From Bacilli bacterium (GTDB taxonomy: Bacteria > Bacillota_I > Bacilli_A > RFN20 > CAG-826), in the NCBI GenBank assembly GCA_017447165.1, contig JAFSOD010000004.1:179267-243266 (forward strand): 64,000 nt of DNA, written 5' to 3'. The notes beneath the pieces were generated by a model that saw only the letters and a program-made list of their open reading frames with translations, had not been told where the DNA came from and did no database searches. A program made the translations under genes and the position numbers. This document shows, piece by piece, positions 37,266 through 47,854 of this stretch. The first letter of the stretch is position 1; each line of letters begins with the position of its first letter.

Positions 37266-38117
37266 ATGGAAAATACATTCGATTGCTATGTTGGAATTAA
37301 GTTCGTTTATGCGAATCATTGTTACTTTTTTGGAGTTAAAAATTTAGACCTTAAAATTGGTGATAAAGTGGTTGTAGAGACTACCCACGGACCAGAGCTT
37401 GGAGAAGTCCAAGTTAAGCCTATTTCTATTGAAGAATATCACTCTCAATTAGAGCTTAAACCAGTATTACGAAAAGCTACTGATACAGACTTAAAATTAC
37501 ACGAAATTAATCTAAAAGATGCGGAAATTGCACTAGAAATTTGTAGAAATGAGGTAAAAAAGGCTAATTTGGACATGAATCCATTATCGTGTCAATACAC
37601 CCTAGATAAGAGCAAAGTTATCTTCACTTATGTCGCTGATGAAAGAGTGGATTTCCGTGAACTTTTAAAGGCTCTAGCAAGTCGACTTCATACCCGTATT
37701 GAACTACGTCAAATTGGTTCTAGAGACAAGGCAAAAATGATCGGTGGAATAGGCTTATGTGGGCTTCCACTTTGCTGTGCTAGCTTTACTACTGAATTTG
37801 ATAATATTTCCATCAACAGAGCAAAGAATCAAATGCTTGCAATAAACATTCCAAAACTCTCTGGTCAATGTGGTAAATTAATGTGCTGCTTAAAATATGA
37901 AGATGATGCCTACACTGACTTAAAGAAAGAATTCCCAGAACTAGGCGCCAAAGTCTTTATCGATAAAGTACAATATGAAGTTACAAGCATCAATGTTATC
38001 TCTAAAACTGTAAGAATTGATAACGAAGAAGACACTAAAGTGTTATCCTTAAAAGAATTCTTTGAACAAACCCATTATCGCTTAAGAAGAAACGACAATA
38101 AAAATGAAGAGAATTAA
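37266..38117 (+). CDS. ricT: PSP1-domain protein (RicT/YaaT)
   Basis: PSP1 C-terminal domain (GLCGLPLCCASF...GKLMCCLKYE) and tmk-holB-yaaT-rsmI synteny. Confidence 0.8.
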   Translation: MENTFDCYVGIKFVYANHCYFFGVKNLDLKIGDKVVVETTHGPELGEVQVKPISIEEYHSQLELKPVLRKATDTDLKLHEINLKDAEIALEICRNEVKKANLDMNPLSCQYTLDKSKVIFTYVADERVDFRELLKALASRLHTRIELRQIGSRDKAKMIGGIGLCGLPLCCASFTTEFDNISINRAKNQMLAINIPKLSGQCGKLMCCLKYEDDAYTDLKKEFPELGAKVFIDKVQYEVTSINVISKTVRIDNEEDTKVLSLKEFFEQTHYRLRRNDNKNEEN

Positions 38118-38946
38118 ATCTTTTGATAACTCTCATAATCTTTTATATTTAATCGCCACTCCTATAGGGAACTTGGGAGAGTTTTCTCCTCGTGCTCTTG
38201 AAGTGATAAATGAAATGGATTTAATTGCCGCGGAAGATACTAGAAATACTGGTGACCTCCTTCATAAGTTTAATATTAAAAAGCCACTAGTCTCTTTGAG
38301 AGAACATAACGAAGTTGAGGCTAGTTTAAATCTCATTAATCAAATAAAAGCTGGTAAAAAAATTGCCTATATGTCAGACGCCGGATATCCAGGAATCTCC
38401 GATCCAGGATATATCTTAACTAAACTTTGTTTAGAAAATGATATCGCAGTGTCCACTATTTCTGGTAGTTCTGCTTTTATTAACGCTTTAGTGAGATCAG
38501 GATTAGACACTACTCACTTCTATTTCCACGGCTTCTTATCTGCTAAAGAAAATGAAGCCAAAAAAGAATTGGAATCATTAAAAGTAAAATCTGAAACACT
38601 TATCTTCTATGAATCACCTCATAGAATAATGAAGACCTTAAAACTTCTTTTAGAAGTATTAGGGGATAGAAAAGTGTCTCTACAAAGAGAACTCACCAAA
38701 ATTAATGAAGAAAACATCATTGGCAATCTATCCGAATTAACAAGTTTAGAAGAATCCACCTTAAAAGGTGAAATGGTCATTATTGTTGAAGGAAATAAAG
38801 AAGAATCTGATTCTTTAAATGATGAGAAAGTTATTGAATTAGTTAATTCTTTAGTCACTAAAGGGTTAAGTAAAAAAGATGCGATTGATTTTGTTTCTGA
38901 TACCTTCAAAGTAAGAAAAAATCACATGAAAGATATTATTAAATAA
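38104..38946 (+). CDS. rsmI: 16S rRNA (cytidine1402-2'-O)-methyltransferase RsmI
   Basis: LYLIATPIGNLGEFSPRALEV, tetrapyrrole-methylase fold. Confidence 0.9.
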   Translation: MKRIKSFDNSHNLLYLIATPIGNLGEFSPRALEVINEMDLIAAEDTRNTGDLLHKFNIKKPLVSLREHNEVEASLNLINQIKAGKKIAYMSDAGYPGISDPGYILTKLCLENDIAVSTISGSSAFINALVRSGLDTTHFYFHGFLSAKENEAKKELESLKVKSETLIFYESPHRIMKTLKLLLEVLGDRKVSLQRELTKINEENIIGNLSELTSLEESTLKGEMVIIVEGNKEESDSLNDEKVIELVNSLVTKGLSKKDAIDFVSDTFKVRKNHMKDIIK

Positions 38947-39017
38947 TAATTATTCTTGAAATTAGCGAAAGTCTTTTCTATTATTGAAAAGATTTTTTGT
39001 AATTAGGAGGAATAATT

Positions 39018-40850
39018 ATGGAATTAAGGAACATCGCAATCATCGCTCACGTTGACCACGGGAAAACTACCTTAGTCGACCAACTTTTAAAATCCTCCGA
39101 AACATTTAGAAGTAATGAAGAATTATCTGATAGAGCGATGGACTCTAACGATATTGAAAGAGAAAGAGGTATTACCATTTTAGCAAAGACCACCTCTATT
39201 GTTTATAAAGGCACTAAGATTAATATTTTAGACACTCCAGGTCACGCTGATTTTGGCGGTGAAGTTGAACGTATTATGAATATGGTCGATGGCTGTTTAC
39301 TTTTAGTCGATGCTTTTGAAGGTACCATGCCTCAAACCAGATTCGTTTTAAAGAAAGCATTAGAAGCCCATGTAAAACCTATCGTTGTTATTAACAAAAT
39401 CGATAGAGCAAACATCAATATCGAACAAACCTTAGATGAAGTTTTAACTTTATTTATTGAATTAGGCGCTCCCGATGAATTCTTAGAATTCAAAACTGTC
39501 TATGCTTCTGCTTTAAAAGGTACAAGTTCTTTAGATAGTGATCCTGCTAGCCAAGTCGAAGGTATGGATGCAGTACTTCAAACTATTATTGATGAAATCC
39601 CTGCTCCTAAAACTGATGCTAATGGGCCACTTCAAATGCAAGTTGCTTTACTCGACTATAACGACTTTGTTGGCAGAATTGGTATTGGCACTATTAAAAG
39701 GGGCACTATCCACGTTAATGATAACTGCACAGTATCTAGATTAGATGGCAGCACTACTAACTTTAGAGTATTAAAACTCTTTGGCTTTCAAGGATTAAAA
39801 AGATTAGAAGTTAATGAAGCAAGCGCTGGAGATATTGTCGCTGTAGCGGGACTTGCGGATATTAACGTTGGAGAAACTATTTGTGCATTCAACAATGTTG
39901 ATCCACTTCCACTTATTAGACTTGATGAGCCAACCTTACAAATGACATTCGGTACAAACTCATCTCCTTTTTCCGGAAAAGATGGAAAACTATTAACCGC
40001 GAGAAAAATTGAAGAAAGATTATATAGAGAAACACAAAGAGACGTCGCTTTAAGAGTGGAAAGAATTCCAAATACCGAATCTTGGATTGTTTCTGGTAGA
40101 GGCGAACTCCATCTTTCTATTTTAATAGAAAATATGAGAAGAGAGGGTTTTGAACTCGAAGTCAGTAAGCCTCAAGTCATTATCAAAGAAATAAACGGGG
40201 TGAAATGTGAACCATATGAAGACTTATTAATTGATGTCCCTAATGAATATGTTGGAGATATCATGACCACGATCGGAGAAAGAAGTGGTGAATTAGTGAA
40301 TATGGACGCGAAAGAAACAGTCACTATCTTAAGATATGTTATCCCTTCAAGAGGTTTATTAGGTTATATGACTAACTTTATGACCTTAACTAAAGGGTAC
40401 GGCATTCTCTCTCACACTTATAAAGAATATAGACCAGTACAAACCTCCTCTATTGGAGAAAGAAATATCGGTGTATTAGTTTCTGTAGAAGCTGGACAAG
40501 CCACTCCATACGCCATTGAGCATACCGAAGAAAGAGGAACAATGTTCATTCTTCCTGGAACTGAAGTTTATGAAGGTATGATTGTGGGTGAACATCGTTA
40601 TGACTTTGATTTAGCGGTCAACGTCACTCAAAAGAAAAATCTCACTAATGTTAGAAGCTCTAATAAAGACAATACAGTGGTCTTAAAGTCCCCAAGAAAG
40701 ATGTCTTTAGAAGCTTGTCTAGACTACATCAATAGTGATGAGCTCGTTGAGATTACTCCTACTACATTTCGTATGCGTAAAAAGATCTTAAATACTGCAG
40801 AAAGAAAGAAGTATGAAGCTCACGTAAAAAGAGCACAAGAAAACGAATAG
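39018..40850 (+). CDS. typA: translational GTPase TypA/BipA
   Basis: RNIAIIAHVDHGKTTLVD, DTPGHADFGGEVER, NKIDR, and BipA C-terminal domain. Confidence 0.95.
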   Translation: MELRNIAIIAHVDHGKTTLVDQLLKSSETFRSNEELSDRAMDSNDIERERGITILAKTTSIVYKGTKINILDTPGHADFGGEVERIMNMVDGCLLLVDAFEGTMPQTRFVLKKALEAHVKPIVVINKIDRANINIEQTLDEVLTLFIELGAPDEFLEFKTVYASALKGTSSLDSDPASQVEGMDAVLQTIIDEIPAPKTDANGPLQMQVALLDYNDFVGRIGIGTIKRGTIHVNDNCTVSRLDGSTTNFRVLKLFGFQGLKRLEVNEASAGDIVAVAGLADINVGETICAFNNVDPLPLIRLDEPTLQMTFGTNSSPFSGKDGKLLTARKIEERLYRETQRDVALRVERIPNTESWIVSGRGELHLSILIENMRREGFELEVSKPQVIIKEINGVKCEPYEDLLIDVPNEYVGDIMTTIGERSGELVNMDAKETVTILRYVIPSRGLLGYMTNFMTLTKGYGILSHTYKEYRPVQTSSIGERNIGVLVSVEAGQATPYAIEHTEERGTMFILPGTEVYEGMIVGEHRYDFDLAVNVTQKKNLTNVRSSNKDNTVVLKSPRKMSLEACLDYINSDELVEITPTTFRMRKKILNTAERKKYEAHVKRAQENE

Positions 40851-40859
40851 AAATGAAAA

Positions 40860-40885
40860 AGAGACGCAGCACTGCGTCTCTTTTA
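40860..40885. terminator. bidirectional terminator
   Basis: AGAGACGCAGcactGCGTCTCT is a perfect 9-bp stem, followed by TTTT, between convergent typA and 40901-41293. Confidence 0.8.
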
Positions 40886-40900
40886 ATATTTTAGGCTTAT

Positions 40901-41293
40901 TTATTTCTTGCTTTTAATACGGCCTTTATTTGCCCCTTTGGAGTTATGAACTAACATACTGCCACCTTGGTTTTTAGCCATGACTTTGGAGTATTCAAGG
41001 GCTTCTTTTTGGGTGTCAAATAATTTAATAGCCTTTTGTCCGCCAGCAAACTTCACTTCCCATTTGCCATCACTTCTTTTAACGACGTGATAGGTTCTAG
41101 TTGCTTCTTTCTTTGCTGGTTCAGCTTTCTTAGCAGGTGCCTTTTTAACCGGCTCTTTTTTGGCTGGTGCTTTTTTAGCAGGAGCTTTCTTTGGAGCTTC
41201 TTTCTTTTTAGCAGCTTCTTTTTTCTTATCAGGTACTGCTTGTTTCACCGCTGGTTTCTTTTCTGGTTTAGCTTTTTTACTAAATAATCCCAT
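40901..41293 (-). CDS. lysine/alanine-rich (KAP-repeat, histone H1-like) protein with C-terminal DUF2188-like domain
   Basis: KKAPAKKAPAKKEPVKKAPAKK repeats and a C-terminal segment YHVVKRSDGKWEVKFAGGQKAIKLFDTQKEALEYSKVMAKNQGGSMLVHNSKG. Confidence 0.6.
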   Translation of the reverse strand: MGLFSKKAKPEKKPAVKQAVPDKKKEAAKKKEAPKKAPAKKAPAKKEPVKKAPAKKAEPAKKEATRTYHVVKRSDGKWEVKFAGGQKAIKLFDTQKEALEYSKVMAKNQGGSMLVHNSKGANKGRIKSKK

Positions 41294-41316
41294 AATAGTT
41301 TTTCTCCTTAATGAAT

Positions 41317-43011
41317 TTATTTACTAAACTTTCGTTTAATTAATAATAATCCAATTCCGAGCACACTTAAAGTACTTAAAATAATACTGGTAGCTTCTAC
41401 ACTACCTCCACAGCCTCCTCCAGCAGGTTGAGGAGCGACAACTTTTACTTTACAAGTTGCGGTAAGTCCACCATCTACTGTTTTTACAGTAATTGTAGCT
41501 TCACCTACACTTTTCGCACTTACTAAACCTAGGAATGAAACAGTAGCAACACTTTCATTACTTGATGACCACACTACTTCTTTATTATCTGCGTTTTCAG
41601 GTAATATAGTGGCTGTTAGTCGAACTTGTTCATTGAGCTTTAGTTCTAAGGTTTCTTTATCTAAAGAAATAGAAACAACATGAATCACTGGATCACTAAC
41701 TACAATATTATATGAAGCAGTTTTAGTAATCTCGTCTTCTGTATATGAAATATTAACTTTTTTAGTACCGGTAGAAGTCATGTCTGGCTCAGTTAAAGTA
41801 TATACTGTGTTAGATAATATTTTACTATCCCCAATAGTATAATTAGCAGTAACCACTAATCCTTCACTAGTGAAGGTATCGCCTAATTCAAAATTAGTTT
41901 TATAGCTTCCAGATAAGGTAATAGAAGATAATTCTTTAACTGGTTTAGCGTTAACAGTTACTTCACAAGTTGCGGAATAAATTTCATCATCAATAACTGC
42001 GGTTGCAGTAAGAGACGCATTCCCTTCTTGTAAAGCAGTAATAATAATCGGAGAATCTGACCTAGATGTTGTGGCGCTTAAACTTATCACATCCGGATTA
42101 TTATTCTCCCATGTAATAGAAGAACCATCAGAACTTGTCGCGGAAATAGTAGCTTCTGAGTCGACTTCTAAAGAAAGGGATTCATCCGAAATGGTAATGC
42201 CTTTAACAACTTCTCCACAAATTTGTTTTGTGGTTGCACTTTCATTACCCCAGATACGACACGCATATTCTGGATGGTCTACGAATGGATTTCTATTATG
42301 CTGATTACTATAAACAACATCATTTCTTCTCATATCATTAGAGTCTGGTTGATATTCTAAATGCCATCTAAGCATTGTTTCGATACTCTCAAAATTATCT
42401 TCTGGATCATAACCATACATTGCAGCCGCATACATTGTGGTTCTAGCAACAATTCCTCTTGCGACATTATGAGGGTCAAATAAATCTGATGTCTTTCTAC
42501 ATGTTGTTGGTTTTCCGTTATAGTCATTTACAACACTACCACCGGTAACAACACCCATTTTTATATTACTTCTTGCACCATTAACTTTGTTATCACTAGC
42601 GAAAATAATATGATTATCTTTTTCGGCTTTTGGATTAGATAACTTACTAGCAGGGAATGTATGTTCTCTATTCCAGCCAATACTTCCATGAACATGTTCG
42701 GTCTTTTTCACAGAATTTCTGGCATATATCAAAATCACGTTTGAAGAATTATTAGGATCCTCATCGGCAGCTTCGTATCTGGACCAATCATAATCGACAG
42801 ATACTCCACTTGAGTTGATAATAGACTTTAACTTGTTTAAAAGAGTATTACCAGTCATTGAATCATCAATTGAAGCATAATAATTCTCTGGAGCGTCCGC
42901 TAGAACAGGTGTAGATGTCTTTGCTTGTTTAAAAGAAAACGAACTAACAACCCCACCAATAGCAAAAGCACATAACAGCGATAAAGAAATAAATTTCTTA
43001 GATTTCATCAC
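41317..43011 (-). CDS. secreted endonuclease I-family (EndA-like) nuclease with Ig-like (Big_2-type) domains and C-terminal membrane anchor
   Basis: Signal peptide. Endonuclease-I-like catalytic region (EHVHGSIGWNREHTFPAS, ARSN) and tandem Ig-like domains. C-terminal PQPAGGGCGGS is followed by a hydrophobic helix and KRKFSK. Confidence 0.6.
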   Translation of the reverse strand: MMKSKKFISLSLLCAFAIGGVVSSFSFKQAKTSTPVLADAPENYYASIDDSMTGNTLLNKLKSIINSSGVSVDYDWSRYEAADEDPNNSSNVILIYARNSVKKTEHVHGSIGWNREHTFPASKLSNPKAEKDNHIIFASDNKVNGARSNIKMGVVTGGSVVNDYNGKPTTCRKTSDLFDPHNVARGIVARTTMYAAAMYGYDPEDNFESIETMLRWHLEYQPDSNDMRRNDVVYSNQHNRNPFVDHPEYACRIWGNESATTKQICGEVVKGITISDESLSLEVDSEATISATSSDGSSITWENNNPDVISLSATTSRSDSPIIITALQEGNASLTATAVIDDEIYSATCEVTVNAKPVKELSSITLSGSYKTNFELGDTFTSEGLVVTANYTIGDSKILSNTVYTLTEPDMTSTGTKKVNISYTEDEITKTASYNIVVSDPVIHVVSISLDKETLELKLNEQVRLTATILPENADNKEVVWSSSNESVATVSFLGLVSAKSVGEATITVKTVDGGLTATCKVKVVAPQPAGGGCGGSVEATSIILSTLSVLGIGLLLIKRKFSK

Positions 43012-43082
43012 TAATATTATAGACCTTTAAAAATATATGAAAAGGAGTGATTTTCTTCACTCCTTGTAAGTTATGTTAATAA

Positions 43083-45638
43083 TTATGCTGTTGCTAAATT
43101 AAAGACTGTTGGTGTAGTTGCCTTTTTAACAACTTGAGCGCCTGCTTCATAGGTTACAGTTAATAAGTTAGCAGCAACAGAGCCTTGGTAAAGACTGATA
43201 TTAATTGATTGATAATCTAAATAGCCATCAGCGAAGATTCTATAACCGTTTGCGAATTTAGACATATTAACGTCTGTGTCATAACTAGAGAACGTTGCTT
43301 TTAAAATGTTTTCAACAATTGTGTAAGTGAAGTGAACAACATATGGTCCAACTGCTTGAGTATAGTACACTCTTTCATAATATCCAGTTCCATCATCACC
43401 AAATACAAATCTATACTTTTGGACAACATTTCCACTTGTTCCATAAATATTACATTCATATGGGGTATTAGTTACTACTGATGTAGCAGGAACGCTACCA
43501 CTAACGGTAATGTTGTATGATGTGGTTTTAGTCACTCCGCTCTTGGTATAAGAAATAGTAACTGTATATTCACCTTCAATAGCCATATTATAGCCACTAA
43601 AAGTTAATTTACTAGCAGGAACTTCTTCATATTCGCTTGGGGTGCCTCCGCCAATAGAATAGAAGGCATAAACAGTTGGAGGTTCAAGAGTTTCATTAAG
43701 TTTATATTCAGTTTTTGGAGTTCCTTGGACGCTAATATGATCTAATACTTTAGGAGCGCCAGAAGTAGTCACTGTAATAGTGATATTCATCTCAGGCATT
43801 GTGAAGAAATAAACACCAAAACTATCCTTACTAATTTTAATTGAACTATCTTCAACAACATATGGTGTGCCAGCGGTCACTCCATCCACAGTAGCGATTG
43901 TGAACATAAATGGATCTTCGGCAGTGCATGGGTTTTCACTAGCAGCGTGTTTAGTAAATGTCACATATTGGACTTCCGCGAATGTCACAGTGTATTTCCC
44001 TAAGGCTGTAATTGAAGCGGAGAAAGTGACGTCTTTAGCAGGCATTGTAAATCTATAACCATTAGAAACGTCTGGGTTAATAGAGACGACAATAGAACTA
44101 TCTTCCACGATAAATGGAAGACCATTTAATTTATATCCACTATTAGGGGAAACAATAATTGTGACTAAAGAACCAGTTTGAACATTATTTAAATCAAGTG
44201 ATCCTGTTGCTTCAGCAATATAGGCATTAGAAACATCATCAATTGTTAATTTATAGGTTTCAGAAGCTACTTCAGTAACATTAGCACTGATAGCAACATC
44301 CTTTTCAGGCATAACAAATGAATAAACTGTTCCAGAAACTTGACTCACTGGAGTGGAATCGTTCACTAAGAATGGGGTACCCACTAATTGATAGCCTTCA
44401 TCAACTCTAATATAGAATTTAACAGAACTTCCTGGAGCGTATTGAGATTCACTAGTTCCTGAAAAATTCATAGTGGCATGAGCGACATTAGCAAAGCTAA
44501 CTGTGTATTTAGTAGTTGAAGATGATTTCACATTAACAGAGAAAGTGATGTCTTTAGCAGGCATCACAAATACCCAACCATTTTGAGCGGTATCACTCTT
44601 AGTAACTATAATAGAGGCATCACCAACGATAAATGGTTTACCATCAAGTTCATACCCAGCTTCAGGAGTAACAACGATAACTACAACTTGGTTTTCCACT
44701 AAATGGTCTAAATCTTCAACGGAATAATGTTTACTTAATGTGACGTGAGCGACATTATCTAAAGTACATTTATAAGTATCGGCTTGTCTTTCTACTATAG
44801 TTGCACTAATAGAGACATTTTTAGATGGCATAGTGAAACTATAAACATCATTTTTATTCTTAGAGATTGTAATAGAGCTATCGCCAACAATAAATGGAAG
44901 TCCACTTAATTCATAACCGTCATCTATAACAACTATAAACTCCACTGTTGTGCCTGGATAATTAGATTCTTTACTAGTTCCAGAGTATTCAAATCTAGCG
45001 TGTTCTACACTAGCAAATGTTGCGTTATATTTTTCTCCGTGTTCTCTAGCGCCTAAATAAACTGTTAAGTTACTCTTTGGCATTACAAAGGAGAATTCAC
45101 TTTCAGTGAGATCATATTCTTCAAATTGGTCGTAGAAAGAATCATCCACATTAGGTCCGGTAACAAAGAAACCTGTGTAATCGTATTCTTCTTTAACAGA
45201 GACTTTAATAGACACAGTAGCGCCATTTTTCGCACTACTAGGTAAAGTAGAATTAACTAAATCTAAAGCACTTAAATCTTGAGAGTTATTCACTAAATAT
45301 TGAATGGAATAATCTCTAACATCATCTTTGATTTTAACTGTAAAAGAAGTTGTCTTTTCTTTATAAGTGACTGTGATAGGTAAGGATTCTCTAACTACTG
45401 ATGAATCAAACCCGCTTAAAGAGTAGTCACTAACCACTTTATAAGTGCTATCATCATAGAAGGCGGTAACTTCTAAACCAGAGGCATCAAATTCTTCTCC
45501 GATAACATATTCCGTTTTGCTCGGTAAATGAGTAACGGCAATATAATCTAAATTAGGATCTTGAGGAGCATCTCCTCCGCAGCTGGTGATCGCTAAAACT
45601 GATAGTAGTGATGTAAATACTAGTGTTCTTAGTTTCAT
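43083..45638 (-). CDS. repeat-containing surface lipoprotein
   Basis: Lipobox LAITSCGG after MKLRTLVF (start moved from 45680 to the ATG with SD GAGGGGGG). Five tandem repeats of about 105 aa, each YxxTFAxVxHAT...PG(S/T)xVxF...VxxSxxTPxV. Confidence 0.65.
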   Translation of the reverse strand: MKLRTLVFTSLLSVLAITSCGGDAPQDPNLDYIAVTHLPSKTEYVIGEEFDASGLEVTAFYDDSTYKVVSDYSLSGFDSSVVRESLPITVTYKEKTTSFTVKIKDDVRDYSIQYLVNNSQDLSALDLVNSTLPSSAKNGATVSIKVSVKEEYDYTGFFVTGPNVDDSFYDQFEEYDLTESEFSFVMPKSNLTVYLGAREHGEKYNATFASVEHARFEYSGTSKESNYPGTTVEFIVVIDDGYELSGLPFIVGDSSITISKNKNDVYSFTMPSKNVSISATIVERQADTYKCTLDNVAHVTLSKHYSVEDLDHLVENQVVVIVVTPEAGYELDGKPFIVGDASIIVTKSDTAQNGWVFVMPAKDITFSVNVKSSSTTKYTVSFANVAHATMNFSGTSESQYAPGSSVKFYIRVDEGYQLVGTPFLVNDSTPVSQVSGTVYSFVMPEKDVAISANVTEVASETYKLTIDDVSNAYIAEATGSLDLNNVQTGSLVTIIVSPNSGYKLNGLPFIVEDSSIVVSINPDVSNGYRFTMPAKDVTFSASITALGKYTVTFAEVQYVTFTKHAASENPCTAEDPFMFTIATVDGVTAGTPYVVEDSSIKISKDSFGVYFFTMPEMNITITVTTSGAPKVLDHISVQGTPKTEYKLNETLEPPTVYAFYSIGGGTPSEYEEVPASKLTFSGYNMAIEGEYTVTISYTKSGVTKTTSYNITVSGSVPATSVVTNTPYECNIYGTSGNVVQKYRFVFGDDGTGYYERVYYTQAVGPYVVHFTYTIVENILKATFSSYDTDVNMSKFANGYRIFADGYLDYQSINISLYQGSVAANLLTVTYEAGAQVVKKATTPTVFNLATA

Positions 45639-45652
45639 ATAGGTCCCCCCCT

Positions 45653-47674
45653 CTAGAAATCTTGAGCGTATAATTGACATCTGATTTGCACTATACCTGT
45701 ATAGTTATTGATATCAATCTTGTCTAACGCGGTGATTGAGACATAAGAATTTTTATCTTCTAAAAAGAAATTGTAGACATTCATAATGGTGTTATAAACG
45801 CGGTTAGTGAAGCCGTATTCTTCAAGTTGAGAAGCAAATACCGATAAATCTTCTAAAGCGACATTATAGTCATCAATATAGAAGTTTGTAGGTGTTCCTT
45901 GATAGAACTTATATAAAGGATTAGAAGAATTATAAGCAAAGTTAGTAACTCTAGTTACTTCGCCACCAAATAATAGTTCTGGTAAGACTCCTTCTCCAAC
46001 ATAATCTTGAATAAATCTGTTATATCTAGAAACAGTGTTCACCGAAGTAGTTTCGGATACCATATATTCAACATAGAATTCACCTTGAGGATAATAATAA
46101 CCATAGGTTCTTCCATTATATGATTCAGTTGGTAAGTGATAAGTCATATAGACATCGTAGTTAATGATTCTTAATCCTTTTTCAATGACATAGCGATAAT
46201 GACAATCATCATTACCTACTTGAATATAGTTAGCAGCAATTAATTTATTACGGTAAGACTCTCTTAAATCACCACAAGAATAATCTGTGACATATAAATA
46301 TGTCCCTTTATAATTTGTATCCGCATCAAAATACATTGAATAGGACACTCCATCAATGAACGGAGGGACAACTCCACCATAATAAGTTGTGAAATATTCA
46401 ATATCAGTCTCACTCCACTCAGTTGGGGCGACAAAGATAAAAGATGGATCTTCAATATAAGACTCTAATGTTTCATCAATGACTCCACCGACGGTGACAT
46501 TTAAAGTACATTTACCTGGCTCATTAACCATTTCCCCTTTTTCACTATCCCAATAGATAACTCCAAAGTTAACAATAAGATTAAACTTATTATTGGCTTT
46601 ATATTCTGCGATAATACTCTCTGGAGCTTCTAAGTTAGCGGTTTGAGAGTAACCAGTAAAGTTACATCCAGTAGCGATAGAATAATAATTAGTGGTTATA
46701 AATTTTGTATGATCTTTTTCATCTTGAACCCATTTTGCGTTTAAAACATTTTCTATTACGACATCATAGATGTCACTGGCCATATGTTCTAAGGAAGTGG
46801 TATAGAAACTACCAATAGATAAGGCTTCAGTTTCTGCTGATTTTCTAAAGACTACAAAGCCTTGGTCTTTTTGATAAATAAAGCCACCATAAAGACCTAA
46901 ATCTTCATCGTAGTTATAATATGCTTTGTTATTGAGGTTGAAGTATTTAGCCTTTAATCTCTCATCAGTGTGATAGAAGATATAGGATTCTAAATCAATC
47001 GTGTAATTATGGTTTTCTAAAACATCATAAACAAGATTAGAGAAGGCTATTCCTTCATCATTATCGCCAAATACAGAATCATCTAAACCTTCAGGTTCTC
47101 TAACATAGATTTCAAATGTATCGAATTTTCCATCGTACTTAACTTTAACGGTTCTCACTCCTACAGTAGAAAGATCTTCCGCTCCTTCAATCGTAGCGAG
47201 TTCACTGACATCGAGAATAGAACCATCAGAAAATCTAGCGGTTACCACCATTCCCGTTGGATCGAATTCGTCCCCTGGAAAATAGTTAGTTTTAGTAGGT
47301 AGAACATCAACATCCACGGATTTTAATGATTTCACTGAGCTTCTTTCTTGAACATAAATCATAAAAGAATCAGAACATCCTTCATAAGTAATAGTGACTT
47401 TTCTATCACCTTTAGATATGGTGGTCGCCCCTTCAATCGTGCAATCAAAGATATCGACTGGATTATGGTCGTTATTTTTATAATAGGCTTCTATTTCAAT
47501 TCCATCAAAATTCACAGAATCGTTAACGTAATAATTAACTTTATCTGGTTCTTTTAAAATGGAAATATGGTCTAACGCGGTTGGATCAACTGGTTCGGGA
47601 TTCTCTCCACAGGAGGTCATAATAAAAGGCATAGAGAGAAGGACAGATAAGATAAATGAAATCTTTTTTCTCAT
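45653..47674 (-). CDS. surface lipoprotein with N-terminal Ig-like domains
   Basis: Lipobox IMTSCGEN and start ATG 47674 with SD AGGAGG. Two Ig-like modules (VEAYYKNNDH..., VTARFSDGSI...) are followed by a large Y/N-rich domain. Confidence 0.6.
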   Translation of the reverse strand: MRKKISFILSVLLSMPFIMTSCGENPEPVDPTALDHISILKEPDKVNYYVNDSVNFDGIEIEAYYKNNDHNPVDIFDCTIEGATTISKGDRKVTITYEGCSDSFMIYVQERSSVKSLKSVDVDVLPTKTNYFPGDEFDPTGMVVTARFSDGSILDVSELATIEGAEDLSTVGVRTVKVKYDGKFDTFEIYVREPEGLDDSVFGDNDEGIAFSNLVYDVLENHNYTIDLESYIFYHTDERLKAKYFNLNNKAYYNYDEDLGLYGGFIYQKDQGFVVFRKSAETEALSIGSFYTTSLEHMASDIYDVVIENVLNAKWVQDEKDHTKFITTNYYSIATGCNFTGYSQTANLEAPESIIAEYKANNKFNLIVNFGVIYWDSEKGEMVNEPGKCTLNVTVGGVIDETLESYIEDPSFIFVAPTEWSETDIEYFTTYYGGVVPPFIDGVSYSMYFDADTNYKGTYLYVTDYSCGDLRESYRNKLIAANYIQVGNDDCHYRYVIEKGLRIINYDVYMTYHLPTESYNGRTYGYYYPQGEFYVEYMVSETTSVNTVSRYNRFIQDYVGEGVLPELLFGGEVTRVTNFAYNSSNPLYKFYQGTPTNFYIDDYNVALEDLSVFASQLEEYGFTNRVYNTIMNVYNFFLEDKNSYVSITALDKIDINNYTGIVQIRCQLYAQDF

Positions 47675-47854
47675 ATACACACCTCCTTGTTAATAAATAA
47701 GCAACTTTTAACCTTATATAATAAGTTAAGTTCTCTTTATTTTACACGAATTTTTAGAAAATGACACTAAAGTAAAATAAAAGAGAAACAATTAGTTCGT
47801 CTGAATCGCTTTTTTTGCTTCTCTTTAATTAAGTTATATTTATTAAAAAATTAA

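Noticed and set aside
43083-45638. Internal 105-aa repeats as a mobile or recombination repeat
   Set aside because: They are in-frame protein domain repeats within a single lipoprotein gene, not DNA-level mobile repeats.
45639-45680. ORF-track start MSIIRSRFLEGGTY for the repeat lipoprotein, and GTG 47680 and 49832 starts for the neighbours
   Set aside because: Downstream ATGs (45638, 47674, 49748) are each preceded by strong SD sequences and begin canonical signal/lipobox peptides.
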